The notes under the pieces are model-generated. The model made no database searches, had not been told where the DNA came from, and saw nothing but the letters and a program-made list of their open reading frames with translations. This document shows, in pieces, positions 1 through 8,449 of a stretch of 64,000 nt of DNA (positions are counted from its first letter, which is position 1; each line of letters opens with the position of its first letter). A program made the position numbers and the translations under genes. Origin of the DNA: a virus; the IMG/VR virus record IMGVR_UViG_3300010316_000005, positions 96,001-160,000 of that record; one strand, 5' to 3'.

Positions 1-438
1 ATAAGGGCGATAATCGTCGCCCGTTAATGGATCTACGTAAATTGGCCTGTAACCAAGCTTTTCTACATAACTACCAATCAACAAACTATAACTCCCATCT
101 AGATATTCAACACCTGGTTTGTACGCTTTGCCATGAATAACAATATCGCTCATGCGAGGATTTTGCTGTGCTGCAAAGACCAAACGGTCAGCAATGTTTT
201 TTGCCTGAATCTCTCTTGCGTTCATTATAGCATCAAATAAATCGTAGCCTAGATCTAATTCACTTGCCATGTATCTTAATGCAATATTATCACGCGGATG
301 ACAATTGTGAACAACTACTCCGGTATTACTTTGTAGAAAGAATTGATCATCTTTTACTAGATGGCTTGGTTCAACTTCTACATTATAAACAGGACCGTTG
401 TAGTCGAAAGTTTCTATTTTTTTAATTTTTGTTTTCAT
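1..438 (-). CDS. ugd: Split-intein C-fragment (45 aa) fused to the C-terminal part of UDP-glucose 6-dehydrogenase (runs off window; missing from the ORF track)
   Basis: Manual translation from the ATG at 438: MKTKIKKIETFDYNGPVYNVEVEPSHLVKDDQFFLQSNTGVVVHN|CHPRDNIALRYMASELDLGYDLFDAIM...IHGKAYKPGVEY. Shows intein block F (VYNVEV), block G (VVHN/C), then the UGDH catalytic C-HPRD and a GKAYKP motif. ATG overlaps the upstream TGA (ATGA). Confidence 0.93.
   Translation of the reverse strand, partial: MKTKIKKIETFDYNGPVYNVEVEPSHLVKDDQFFLQSNTGVVVHNCHPRDNIALRYMASELDLGYDLFDAIMNAREIQAKNIADRLVFAAQQNPRMSDIVIHGKAYKPGVEYLDGSYSLLIGSYVEKLGYRPIYVDPLTGDDYRPY
304..438 (-). mobile_element. Split intein, C-terminal half (IntC, 45 aa)
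   Basis: Basic N-terminus (MKTKIKKIE), VYNVEV block F, ends His-Asn (Asn codon 306-304) followed by +1 Cys (303-301). Confidence 0.92.
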
Positions 439-1244
439 AATTTAATTCCTAGATTTTTTAAATCACTTTCTAACATTATTTTTAATTTTAAGTCTGGATG
501 TTGTTCGTTAAGTAACTCAAATTTTCTTTTTTGTATTCTATACCAATGACTTGCTTTTGGATCAACGTATGACCCCCATGCGTACACATAGAAATCGGGA
601 AAATAATGATGAGTTAGCCCGTCGTCACCTATATAAGGAATTTTACCTTTATGACATTCAAAGGATAAATTGTTATCGTCTAAATATTCTATAAACTTTA
701 ATTCGTATCTTCCTTGTACTTTATATGTAGCACCGTTACTATGTTTATATTCGTGCCAGTGCGCTTGTCCAGAGGTATTAGCATTATCATAACATCCTCG
801 CTCCCATGCATCAAGTGATCCTCGTTTAAACTTAGCACGAAATTCCGGGTCTTCCATAAGCTTAGATCTTGTAGCAGAAACCTTAGCTCTTATTTCCAGA
901 CGTTTCATTCCATTCTTGTCTCCGGCATTTACACCTTTTAGTTTTTTAGATATCTTATCTTTTATTTCAGTGCCGCGAGAAGTGTATGCATTTCTTACCC
1001 CTTGCGATACTTTCTCTCTAATTTCCGGTCTTGCTGCTAATATAGGACGCCAACATTTGTTACAATAATCTTTATCAAAATATTCATTTTTTTTCATTTT
1101 ACAATAATGACCTTTTAATCTGTTGTGCAAGTTCCCGCAAGAATCACATAACAGTTCAATATATTGAAGATTAACTTCTCGATATCCTGTTTTATTTTGC
1201 TTAGATTTTTCTTTTTTTCTTATAATGTATTCATTTACAATCAT
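435..1244 (-). CDS. Free-standing putative homing endonuclease (Zn-ribbon, NUMOD3-like repeats, C-terminal PD-(D/E)xK-type nuclease)
   Basis: CDSC...CNKC; EIREKVS/EIKDKISKKLKG/EIRAKVS helix repeats; YELKFIEYLD...YFPDFYV...YVDPK. Lies between the two halves of a split intein. Confidence 0.75.
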   Translation of the reverse strand: MIVNEYIIRKKEKSKQNKTGYREVNLQYIELLCDSCGNLHNRLKGHYCKMKKNEYFDKDYCNKCWRPILAARPEIREKVSQGVRNAYTSRGTEIKDKISKKLKGVNAGDKNGMKRLEIRAKVSATRSKLMEDPEFRAKFKRGSLDAWERGCYDNANTSGQAHWHEYKHSNGATYKVQGRYELKFIEYLDDNNLSFECHKGKIPYIGDDGLTHHYFPDFYVYAWGSYVDPKASHWYRIQKRKFELLNEQHPDLKLKIMLESDLKNLGIKL

Positions 1245-1249
1245 AATAT

Positions 1250-1255
1250 TATTTA
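1250..1255 (-). promoter_or_regulatory. T4-type late promoter core (gaTAAATA), 5 nt upstream of the endonuclease ATG
   Basis: Minus strand reads GATAAATA-ATATT-ATG. Confidence 0.6.
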
Positions 1256-1288
1256 TCTAAGCAGAATAAAACGAGCATGACAAGCGGT

Positions 1289-3421
1289 TCAGTCATCCAA
1301 TACATACAATTTGTCAGTTTTTAATACATTGTCTGCTCTTACTACAATTCTCAAATTATTGCGCCAAACTGGAATTAAGTGGTCAGCAGTTGTTATTAAC
1401 TCTGCGTCATCTATTATAAACTTATACATTTTTCCTGTATAATGCCTAGACGTTACTTGATCTATTTTTTTATAATCAATTTTAGAACAAGCATAGTTGG
1501 CTGATTTAATAATTCGAGTTTGATCAGTATCATTTATATAACAATCATACAACTCGGCAATACAAATTTCTTTATCGTCTACATTCACAAGAAAATCACC
1601 TAACACACAGCCGCCTCCGTCGCCCATGCCTGCCTTCATGTACTGTGGGCCCATAATTCGCATCGTAGACTGCGCTAGAGCGTCTGTAACAACGTCTACG
1701 TTAATGTTGCCCTGTTGCTCTGCTACGTCCTGCACCATGTTTACAAGACCGATTTTGGCACTGATGAATGTGTTTCCTTGCCACGTACATTTGCCGTTTC
1801 TCCGTGTAAGAAAAATATGATTCTTTGGAAGCATAGCACAGTATACTTTTCCGGTATAATCAACTGAATTAAATTTGAGGCCGACACTAGAAGAACTTTG
1901 ATATAATGATGTTTTATTAACTAACTCGTATATTAAATGACAATCTTTATTTGATAATTCAGTCCTTGTAGTTCTATATGACGGGGATCTGCCAACTTTA
2001 ATAATTAGTTCACCGAGATCTGCTGCCATTTGATCTGAACTAGAAGCATAATATTTATAACGTTGGTCGTCTGGTGATTTTGTACCATTAAAATGTGTAG
2101 TATGTAGAGCAGCGCCATCAGCAAGGTTATATGTATCTAGAAATAAACGAATCATGTCTTTTCCTAAATCTTTAATAATGCCAGGAATAAATTTATCAAA
2201 CGATTTTCCAAATTGGCTCAAGTATGTTGACAATTCGGGCCATAACACTGATATGCCTGTTCTTCCTGTTAATAGTCGGTATCTATCTTTTTCAGGATGA
2301 TTATTATATATATTAGAGAACACTTCATTAATCATTTCGTATTTGTCGGGATTCACATCCGAGCATTGCGAAATAATAATTCTTCCTGATTGATTACAAA
2401 TACATCCTTCTGATAAAAACCAAGCCATAAATTGTACATAATCTTCAGTTGCAAATGTCATTTCATTTACTGTAACCGTCTTTGGTGAATTGTTGTGCCA
2501 TTCAGTTGATCGTTGAAACACAAATCCTTTGCGCTTGATCACATCATGCGCTGGTTCTAACTTCCAATTATATCCATAATTTTTTCCAGGCAATTTGTTT
2601 TTTGTTGACATGCTACCAACAAACATATTATGCCCAGAAGTAACTAATACATCATCTTTGCTACTGTGAAAATGTATCATACTTCCATTGTAATCTCTTG
2701 AAACCCATTTATCAGGTGTTAACCATTCAGGGAGCATAGTAGCAGGATCCAATGACAATACTTGATCGGTATCGATTGCGTCTTTAAATAATTTCCACCC
2801 AGTTGAGGTTAACACCTCGGTATCATCTGAGTAGCAATTATAAAAAACCTTGATACATTCGCACTCGTCCCATGTTCCTACTACATAGCGCGGTTCATTT
2901 TCCATAATAGTTTTGTAAAAATCCACAAGCTGTTTTGCGTCGCCGGTTTCTGATCCGTCATTAGTTCCAATCATTATCATTTCTGGATTGACCATGTCCC
3001 AAGCCACACTTCCCATTGCAATTAGGTACGGATTATACACGAAACGGGTATTAGTTACTAGTGGTTCTAGTTCTCGTCTAACTGTGCCCGGCAGCACTGT
3101 TGAAATAAGGACCAGCAACTGATTTTCATTCATATGCTCGTTGGCTTGCGTCAGCACTTGCTTCACAATATCGTAGTCAAAGTCTTTTGGCGGTAAGTGA
3201 GCAGTAGGCTCTCTTCCGTCATATGACGGATCATGCGGCGTTGGTACTGCAACAAATACAATGTCTCTGCCTGCTATTGCACCTTTAACTGTTGGAAACA
3301 TAGTAACCAACTGGCTCTTGCGACGTTCTGTATCATATCCCGATACTTCATGTCCTTTTTGCGCCATTACTTCGGCACAAGGCATTCCAAGTTTTCCGAC
3401 GCCTATAAATCCTATTCTCAT
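1289..3421 (-). CDS. ugd: UDP-glucose/GDP-mannose 6-dehydrogenase N-terminal part, containing a cis intein and ending in a split-intein N-fragment
   Basis: Rossmann GxGxxG (GFIGVGKLG), FVAVPTP, ISTVLPGT, YNPYLIAMG, ECIKVFYN, then GMGDGGG followed directly by intein sequence. AGGAG RBS. Confidence 0.93.
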   Translation of the reverse strand: MRIGFIGVGKLGMPCAEVMAQKGHEVSGYDTERRKSQLVTMFPTVKGAIAGRDIVFVAVPTPHDPSYDGREPTAHLPPKDFDYDIVKQVLTQANEHMNENQLLVLISTVLPGTVRRELEPLVTNTRFVYNPYLIAMGSVAWDMVNPEMIMIGTNDGSETGDAKQLVDFYKTIMENEPRYVVGTWDECECIKVFYNCYSDDTEVLTSTGWKLFKDAIDTDQVLSLDPATMLPEWLTPDKWVSRDYNGSMIHFHSSKDDVLVTSGHNMFVGSMSTKNKLPGKNYGYNWKLEPAHDVIKRKGFVFQRSTEWHNNSPKTVTVNEMTFATEDYVQFMAWFLSEGCICNQSGRIIISQCSDVNPDKYEMINEVFSNIYNNHPEKDRYRLLTGRTGISVLWPELSTYLSQFGKSFDKFIPGIIKDLGKDMIRLFLDTYNLADGAALHTTHFNGTKSPDDQRYKYYASSSDQMAADLGELIIKVGRSPSYRTTRTELSNKDCHLIYELVNKTSLYQSSSSVGLKFNSVDYTGKVYCAMLPKNHIFLTRRNGKCTWQGNTFISAKIGLVNMVQDVAEQQGNINVDVVTDALAQSTMRIMGPQYMKAGMGDGGGCVLGDFLVNVDDKEICIAELYDCYINDTDQTRIIKSANYACSKIDYKKIDQVTSRHYTGKMYKFIIDDAELITTADHLIPVWRNNLRIVVRADNVLKTDKLYVLDD
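1292..1609 (-). mobile_element. Split intein, N-terminal half (IntN, 106 aa)
   Basis: Starts CVLGDFLV after GDGGG, has block B (LITTADHLIPV), ends ADNVLKTDKLYVLDD-stop with no block F/G. Confidence 0.9.
1772..2836 (-). mobile_element. Cis intein (355 aa) with LAGLIDADG-type endonuclease domain in UGDH
   Basis: KVFYN|CYSDDTEVLTSTGWK (block A), LVTSGHNMFV (B), FMAWFLSEG (C), FLDTYNLADG (E), KVYCAML (F), WQGN|TFISAK (G). Confidence 0.92.
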
Positions 3422-3440
3422 AAAGAATCTCCTTCTATCA

Positions 3441-3476
3441 TACTTATCTATGTAGTTAATGCAAGTTTAATAAATA
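3441..3476. promoter_or_regulatory. Divergent late-promoter-like cores (TAAGTA on minus at 3441-3446; TAAATA on plus at 3471-3476)
   Basis: Located in the divergent intergenic between ugd and the aminotransferase gene. Confidence 0.5.
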
Positions 3477-3498
3477 TGACTACGAAGGAATTTTATCA

Positions 3499-4086
3499 AT
3501 GTTTCACAAAATAAAAGAATTTGAAGAGCAGATTGCAGAATTTACCGGAGCGACTTACGCAGTAACTACAGACTGTTGCACTCACGCTATTGAATTGTGC
3601 TTGATACTTGACAAGATCAAGCAGTGCCATTTTAGTGCATACACATATCTGAGCGTAATACAAACTATGCACAAACTAGGAATTGAGTACACACTGATTG
3701 AAGAACCGTGGAAAGGTGAATATCAGTATTACCAAACACGTATTTGGGATAGCGCAAGGCGTTTAGAGCCGAATATGTATAGACATGGACAATTACAGTG
3801 TTTAAGCTTTGGTTTTGGAAAACCGGTTGACATTGGTAGAGGTGGTGCTATACTTTGTGATAACTATGATGATTATAAATTGCTGTCAATGATGAAATAC
3901 GATGGCAGAGATTTAGATATCAGTCCTTGGATTGATCAAACTTATTTTGTCCAAGGTTATCACTATAAACTAAATCCCGAGGAATGTATACGAGGTATGG
4001 AAGCACTAAAACAATACAAGCTAACCGGAGAGTATACTCCTAAAGAAGTATCATACCCAGACTGCCGGAGTGTAAAGATACAATGA
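3499..4086 (+). CDS. DegT/DnrJ/EryC1/StrS-family PLP aminotransferase-like protein (short)
   Basis: EFEEQIAEFTG..YAV..DCCTHAIEL, WDSA, LSFGFGKPVDIGRGG (SFxxxK...GG PLP-lysine motif). Confidence 0.8.
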   Translation: MFHKIKEFEEQIAEFTGATYAVTTDCCTHAIELCLILDKIKQCHFSAYTYLSVIQTMHKLGIEYTLIEEPWKGEYQYYQTRIWDSARRLEPNMYRHGQLQCLSFGFGKPVDIGRGGAILCDNYDDYKLLSMMKYDGRDLDISPWIDQTYFVQGYHYKLNPEECIRGMEALKQYKLTGEYTPKEVSYPDCRSVKIQ

Positions 4087-4742
4087 AGATACTTTGCTTA
4101 GGAGATAGTTGGACCAAAGGTTACGGAGTTATGCGTGACTGGACAAGATATTTACCTTTTGACGTTAAGAATGGCGCAGGAGACGGTGCAGGCTATGTAG
4201 AAATACTTAAACAATTCAAAAGATCTTATAACGATAGCTACGACTTAGTGATTGTAGGCTGGAGTGGTGCAACTCGTGACGACTATCTTGAATTTAGTAT
4301 AACTACTGACGAATCTATTGAACACTTTAAAGATAAAAGCTTAGACGATATACTCAATCGGTGGCACGAACACATTGATGAAATTGTGAATACTGCTAAA
4401 TGTCCAGTTATTCACTTTTCTGTATTTGGCGACGTGCCCGGAAAGCATTATGATAACTTTCTTGAGACTAGCTTTTTAGAATATCTAGCAAATCAAGACG
4501 GCATATATTTTAAGTACAACATTCCCTTATTTGAATTTGATTGGCTTAACGAAAACAATTTCAAAGTTACTGGCCCGTTTGGTAAAAAATATTTTCCAAA
4601 GAATTGGAAACGTGCTTGTGTAGAACGAGAAGCTGTGCGAGACCAAGGGTCATTCTTATACTGCGGACATCCTAATCAGCGCGGACACAAGCTATGGGCA
4701 AAATTTATGGAGATGGAAATTGACTGTTTATTCGCAAAATGA
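4083..4742 (+). CDS. SGNH/GDSL hydrolase-family protein
   Basis: N-terminal LGDSW and C-terminal GHPNQRGH. Confidence 0.7.
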   Translation: MKILCLGDSWTKGYGVMRDWTRYLPFDVKNGAGDGAGYVEILKQFKRSYNDSYDLVIVGWSGATRDDYLEFSITTDESIEHFKDKSLDDILNRWHEHIDEIVNTAKCPVIHFSVFGDVPGKHYDNFLETSFLEYLANQDGIYFKYNIPLFEFDWLNENNFKVTGPFGKKYFPKNWKRACVEREAVRDQGSFLYCGHPNQRGHKLWAKFMEMEIDCLFAK

Positions 4743-5637
4743 GTGGAGCCAACTAAAACGAATCGTAGTAGGTTCCGCAGTAAACGCACACTGGCCTGCC
4801 GAGTGTCCTGTGTACCGAGCGCAAGAAAAAACCACCAAGTGGACAGAGACTCCTGTACCCAGTGGCCCAGTTAATCCGTTTGTTATAGATCAGGCCAACG
4901 AAGACTTAAACAACTTTTGTAACAAACTACTCGACGCAGGTGTTACTGTATTGCGACCTACAATAATGGACTTTGCTAGCTTCGATGGTATGTACAATTA
5001 TTGCCCAAGAGATCGTGTACTCATTGTAGGCGATAAGATTATCAATGCTCCGATGTTGTATCCGACTCGTACTAGAGAAATCGAAGCACTTGAACATATG
5101 TTTGATACCGATATAATAACGTGCGACGATGAAGACGCTACGTTTGACGCAGCTAACGTATGTCGCCTAGGAAATGATTTACTGTACCTAGTTAGTGAGA
5201 GTGGCAACCTGGCAGGTGCACGGTGGTTACAGCGCGTCTTAGGCACCGACTACCGCGTACACATCCTCGACAACATCTATGCAGGAGTACACATCGACAG
5301 TACTATCACACCTGTACAAGAGGGACTAGTTGTGCTCAACGGTGACAGAATAAACGACGGCAATCTGCCTGAGGTATTTAAAACGTGGGATAAGATTTAT
5401 GTCACCGGCGATGACATTGCTGCACAGTCATTTATTGAATATCCTTACGCAAGTAAATACATTGCGCTAAACTTTTTAACTGTTAATCCAAATCTTGTAA
5501 TGTGCGATCCGTATCAAGAATTTTTAATACACGAACTATCAAAGCGCAACGTAGAAGCAGTAGGTGTACCGCTAAGGCAAAGCAGAACATTAGGCGGCGG
5601 ACATCATTGCGTTACACTAGACTTGGAGAGAGAATAA
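4720..5637 (+). CDS. Amidinotransferase (glycine / scyllo-inosamine-phosphate amidinotransferase family)
   Basis: SQNEWSQLKRIVVG, YCPRD, FDAAN, HIDST and C-terminal LGGGHHCVTLD with the catalytic Cys. TTG start. Confidence 0.88.
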   Translation: MTVYSQNEWSQLKRIVVGSAVNAHWPAECPVYRAQEKTTKWTETPVPSGPVNPFVIDQANEDLNNFCNKLLDAGVTVLRPTIMDFASFDGMYNYCPRDRVLIVGDKIINAPMLYPTRTREIEALEHMFDTDIITCDDEDATFDAANVCRLGNDLLYLVSESGNLAGARWLQRVLGTDYRVHILDNIYAGVHIDSTITPVQEGLVVLNGDRINDGNLPEVFKTWDKIYVTGDDIAAQSFIEYPYASKYIALNFLTVNPNLVMCDPYQEFLIHELSKRNVEAVGVPLRQSRTLGGGHHCVTLDLERE

Positions 5638-6134
5638 TGTGGTCAATAGGACAAATTCCAGAAGGAATTATTACAGACGAGTTTAAAGAACTTGATTACA
5701 TCAACGAACCATTTAATGATCCTAAGATAGCCGAAGAATGGGACAAAACATATGGTCCGATATATAGCACAGGCGAGATGGTTGACTACCGACATTACCA
5801 GCCTGCTTGGTATAACAATATTGTTGATTACCTTAAGTTGGGAATAGCAGGAGCCAGTTTTTACAAAATGGGACCTGGTAAGATACTTCCTTATCACAGT
5901 GATGCATATGTGCGCTACATTGAGTACCACAAGATTAAAGACACTCGGTGCATTCATCGAGCAGTTGTATTTTTAGAAGATTGGCAACCCGGGCATATTT
6001 TTGAAGTAGATGGAGTTCCGCTGTATAATTACAAAGCAGGCACATATGTTCTATGGCAGTACAACACTCCGCATATGGCTGCTAATCTAGGGCCGACCAA
6101 TAGATACACTTTACAAATTACAGGTATAAAATGA
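5637..6134 (+). CDS. Cupin / 2OG-Fe(II) oxygenase-like protein
   Basis: True start is probably the ATG at 5637 (TAATG coupling). PYHSD...PHMAAN...R metal-binding pattern. Confidence 0.65.
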   Translation: MWSIGQIPEGIITDEFKELDYINEPFNDPKIAEEWDKTYGPIYSTGEMVDYRHYQPAWYNNIVDYLKLGIAGASFYKMGPGKILPYHSDAYVRYIEYHKIKDTRCIHRAVVFLEDWQPGHIFEVDGVPLYNYKAGTYVLWQYNTPHMAANLGPTNRYTLQITGIK

Positions 6135-7240
6135 TATTTCCAAATTTAGAAATTATAGATAAAGACGATGCCGTTTACTTTCATAACGATGGAGATGAGG
6201 GAGTTCGGCGTTATTTTTATATACGTAATATCTATCAGCCAGACGAAACTACTGCGTATCTTTTTCTTTCTCAAGAATTTACAAATATTACTAACGCATC
6301 AAACTATATTATCAAAAAGGGCTACACTAAGCTGTTTATCTTTATTGACGATATATTTAGAGATCACTTGATGTTCACCAACGCGCAAGCCGAAATTAAA
6401 GCAGTTAAGGAAATCTTAGAAAAAACTAATATCAAAGACTACCGGATATTCCATTGCGAAATGTTAAATAAAGGCAATTACGAAAATCCATTTGACGTCG
6501 ACATTGAATATTACGACATGTTCCTTACGCACTGGATCAAAAAAAATCCTTACGATCACGAACTAAATATTAACTTCGAAAACAAGATTAGCTTTTACAA
6601 TAATAGAGATGACTATCATCGGCAGTATATGGCAGCAATGCTAATCAACAACAATGACATCGATCTCACATTGAATCAAAAACATCGTTACACATATATA
6701 GCCAACCAATCCAAATTTCCTATCAATCAATTTAGTAAAGGTTTCCAGCGTAGATTAAAGTCAAACTTAATACAGCTGGATAAAGTACATCGCAACTATG
6801 TCGACGGCAATAATTCTGAACTTAAGATGATAGACAACTACAAAGAACAACACGACGACAAAGTTGTTCGTTGGATAGAAAATAGCTTTGTTAATCTCGT
6901 AGGCGAAACAACCTATTATCTTCCCTATCCATATATCAGTGAAAAGTCACTAAAGCCCATGCTCGCACATCGTCCATTTATTATGCTTGGGCCACATAAG
7001 AGTTTAGAAGTATTACGCGAGCTAGGATTCAAAACGTTTGATAAGTGGGTTGACGAGGACTACGACAAGGAGCCGGATCCCCATAAGCGACTTGAAATGG
7101 TTTACAAACTTACACAGGATGTACTACGCAAGGACCCCGACGAGTTAAAAGAAATGTTGCTCGCTATGGGAGGGGTACTGCGGCATAATAAAAAAGTCGT
7201 AGACAGATTACCGCACGATATTTGGGAAAGCCTTTTGTAG
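6131..7240 (+). CDS. Phage glycosyltransferase-like protein (GT10-like C-terminus)
   Basis: LVGET...ISEKSLKP...PFIMLG...LGFKTFD..DEDYD motif; paralogous to 7208-8449. Confidence 0.5.
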   Translation: MIFPNLEIIDKDDAVYFHNDGDEGVRRYFYIRNIYQPDETTAYLFLSQEFTNITNASNYIIKKGYTKLFIFIDDIFRDHLMFTNAQAEIKAVKEILEKTNIKDYRIFHCEMLNKGNYENPFDVDIEYYDMFLTHWIKKNPYDHELNINFENKISFYNNRDDYHRQYMAAMLINNNDIDLTLNQKHRYTYIANQSKFPINQFSKGFQRRLKSNLIQLDKVHRNYVDGNNSELKMIDNYKEQHDDKVVRWIENSFVNLVGETTYYLPYPYISEKSLKPMLAHRPFIMLGPHKSLEVLRELGFKTFDKWVDEDYDKEPDPHKRLEMVYKLTQDVLRKDPDELKEMLLAMGGVLRHNKKVVDRLPHDIWESLL

Positions 7241-8449
7241 ATCTGGCATTAAGTTAGGATGCTCTTTAGCACTCTTACTTAGAGTAAAATAATTGTGTAT
7301 AAAGATTGGTAGCATATCTTTCATTATTTGATGCATCTCTTCTTTGTCTTTCTTAATAAACTTTTTTACAGACTTTAACGCAGCATACAATCTGTCTTGA
7401 TCATTTTCTATTGCGTCATACGACTCGTCTATAAATTCACCGCAGGTCTGATACCCTAATTCTTGTAAACGCGTTAAGCTATGTGCTTCGCCAAACAGCA
7501 CAAACGGCTGCAAGAACACAAACGGCTTAATAATCTTTTCACTAAAGAAAATTCGCCCTTCTTCGTTTTGGTGAAAGGTTTCGCTTACGATGTGAAGGTA
7601 ACTATCTAAATACTTTTCAACATTGTCGTCACTTGTTGGATTTTCAGTAGCAAGATTTACATCATATTCCCGAGGAATTGTATGTAAAAGGTTCTTAAAT
7701 TTTTCCACTACCTTCGGATAAAATAAGTTTAAATTGTATAAAGAACCCTGTAGCGCATCACCTTCAAAGTAATTATCACTAAAATCGCCATTTCCCATAG
7801 TAAGAATACCATCGTCTCTATATTTGTACATTTCAGCATATATAGCCATCCTGTGCTCATGCGGACGACGTTGTAAGCATAAAAATTTATGCGGGAGTAG
7901 TTTGTCATTATGAATTCGTTCAACACATTCTCTGAATAGATGCGGCGCTGAACCTTCGTGGTGAATAATAATGTTTTCCCATTCATTGTAGTACACGTTA
8001 GGAATACCGTTAATGTACGGCTCTGTATTTCCAGAAATAAATACAACATGACTTAATTTCAAATTATGAGGGACTATTATCTTTTTCATTAAAAAATGTT
8101 CGAATTGTTTCCAGCCGTGACCTTCGTAAATATTAATAAGTAGCAGCTTGGCTCTATTATTTCTAAGATCTGTTTTTACTTTAGATGGAATTTTTATATA
8201 CACTGAATCATTCATAAAATAGTCAGCTGGACCCGATGCCGCGACGTGTACATAAATTGGATAATAGTAATATCCTTTGTATGTTGAATTTACTCGTTTC
8301 ATTGTATCTTTTAATGGCCACGGGATGAACGACTCTGCGTCATCATCATCATATGCAATGTGATGACAATAGTCTAAATCCCAGCCATTGAACTTCTTAA
8401 TATTTTTTGTATTTGTATCAAGGTAATCGAAGTACATTGGTATTGTCAT
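7208..8449 (-). CDS. Phage glycosyltransferase-like protein (GT10-like C-terminus)
   Basis: IVSET...FSEKIIKP...PFVLFG...LGYQT...DESYD. Confidence 0.5.
   Translation of the reverse strand: MTIPMYFDYLDTNTKNIKKFNGWDLDYCHHIAYDDDDAESFIPWPLKDTMKRVNSTYKGYYYYPIYVHVAASGPADYFMNDSVYIKIPSKVKTDLRNNRAKLLLINIYEGHGWKQFEHFLMKKIIVPHNLKLSHVVFISGNTEPYINGIPNVYYNEWENIIIHHEGSAPHLFRECVERIHNDKLLPHKFLCLQRRPHEHRMAIYAEMYKYRDDGILTMGNGDFSDNYFEGDALQGSLYNLNLFYPKVVEKFKNLLHTIPREYDVNLATENPTSDDNVEKYLDSYLHIVSETFHQNEEGRIFFSEKIIKPFVFLQPFVLFGEAHSLTRLQELGYQTCGEFIDESYDAIENDQDRLYAALKSVKKFIKKDKEEMHQIMKDMLPIFIHNYFTLSKSAKEHPNLMPDLQKAFPNIVR

Noticed and set aside
439-1291. Self-splicing intron carrying the endonuclease inside ugd
   Set aside because: Only 44 nt of non-coding sequence flank the ORF, too little for an intron core. 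Split-intein motifs explain the layout.
1289-3421. ugd as a truncated pseudogene
   Set aside because: The missing C-terminal part is present in an intact ORF at 438 to <1, preceded by an IntC.
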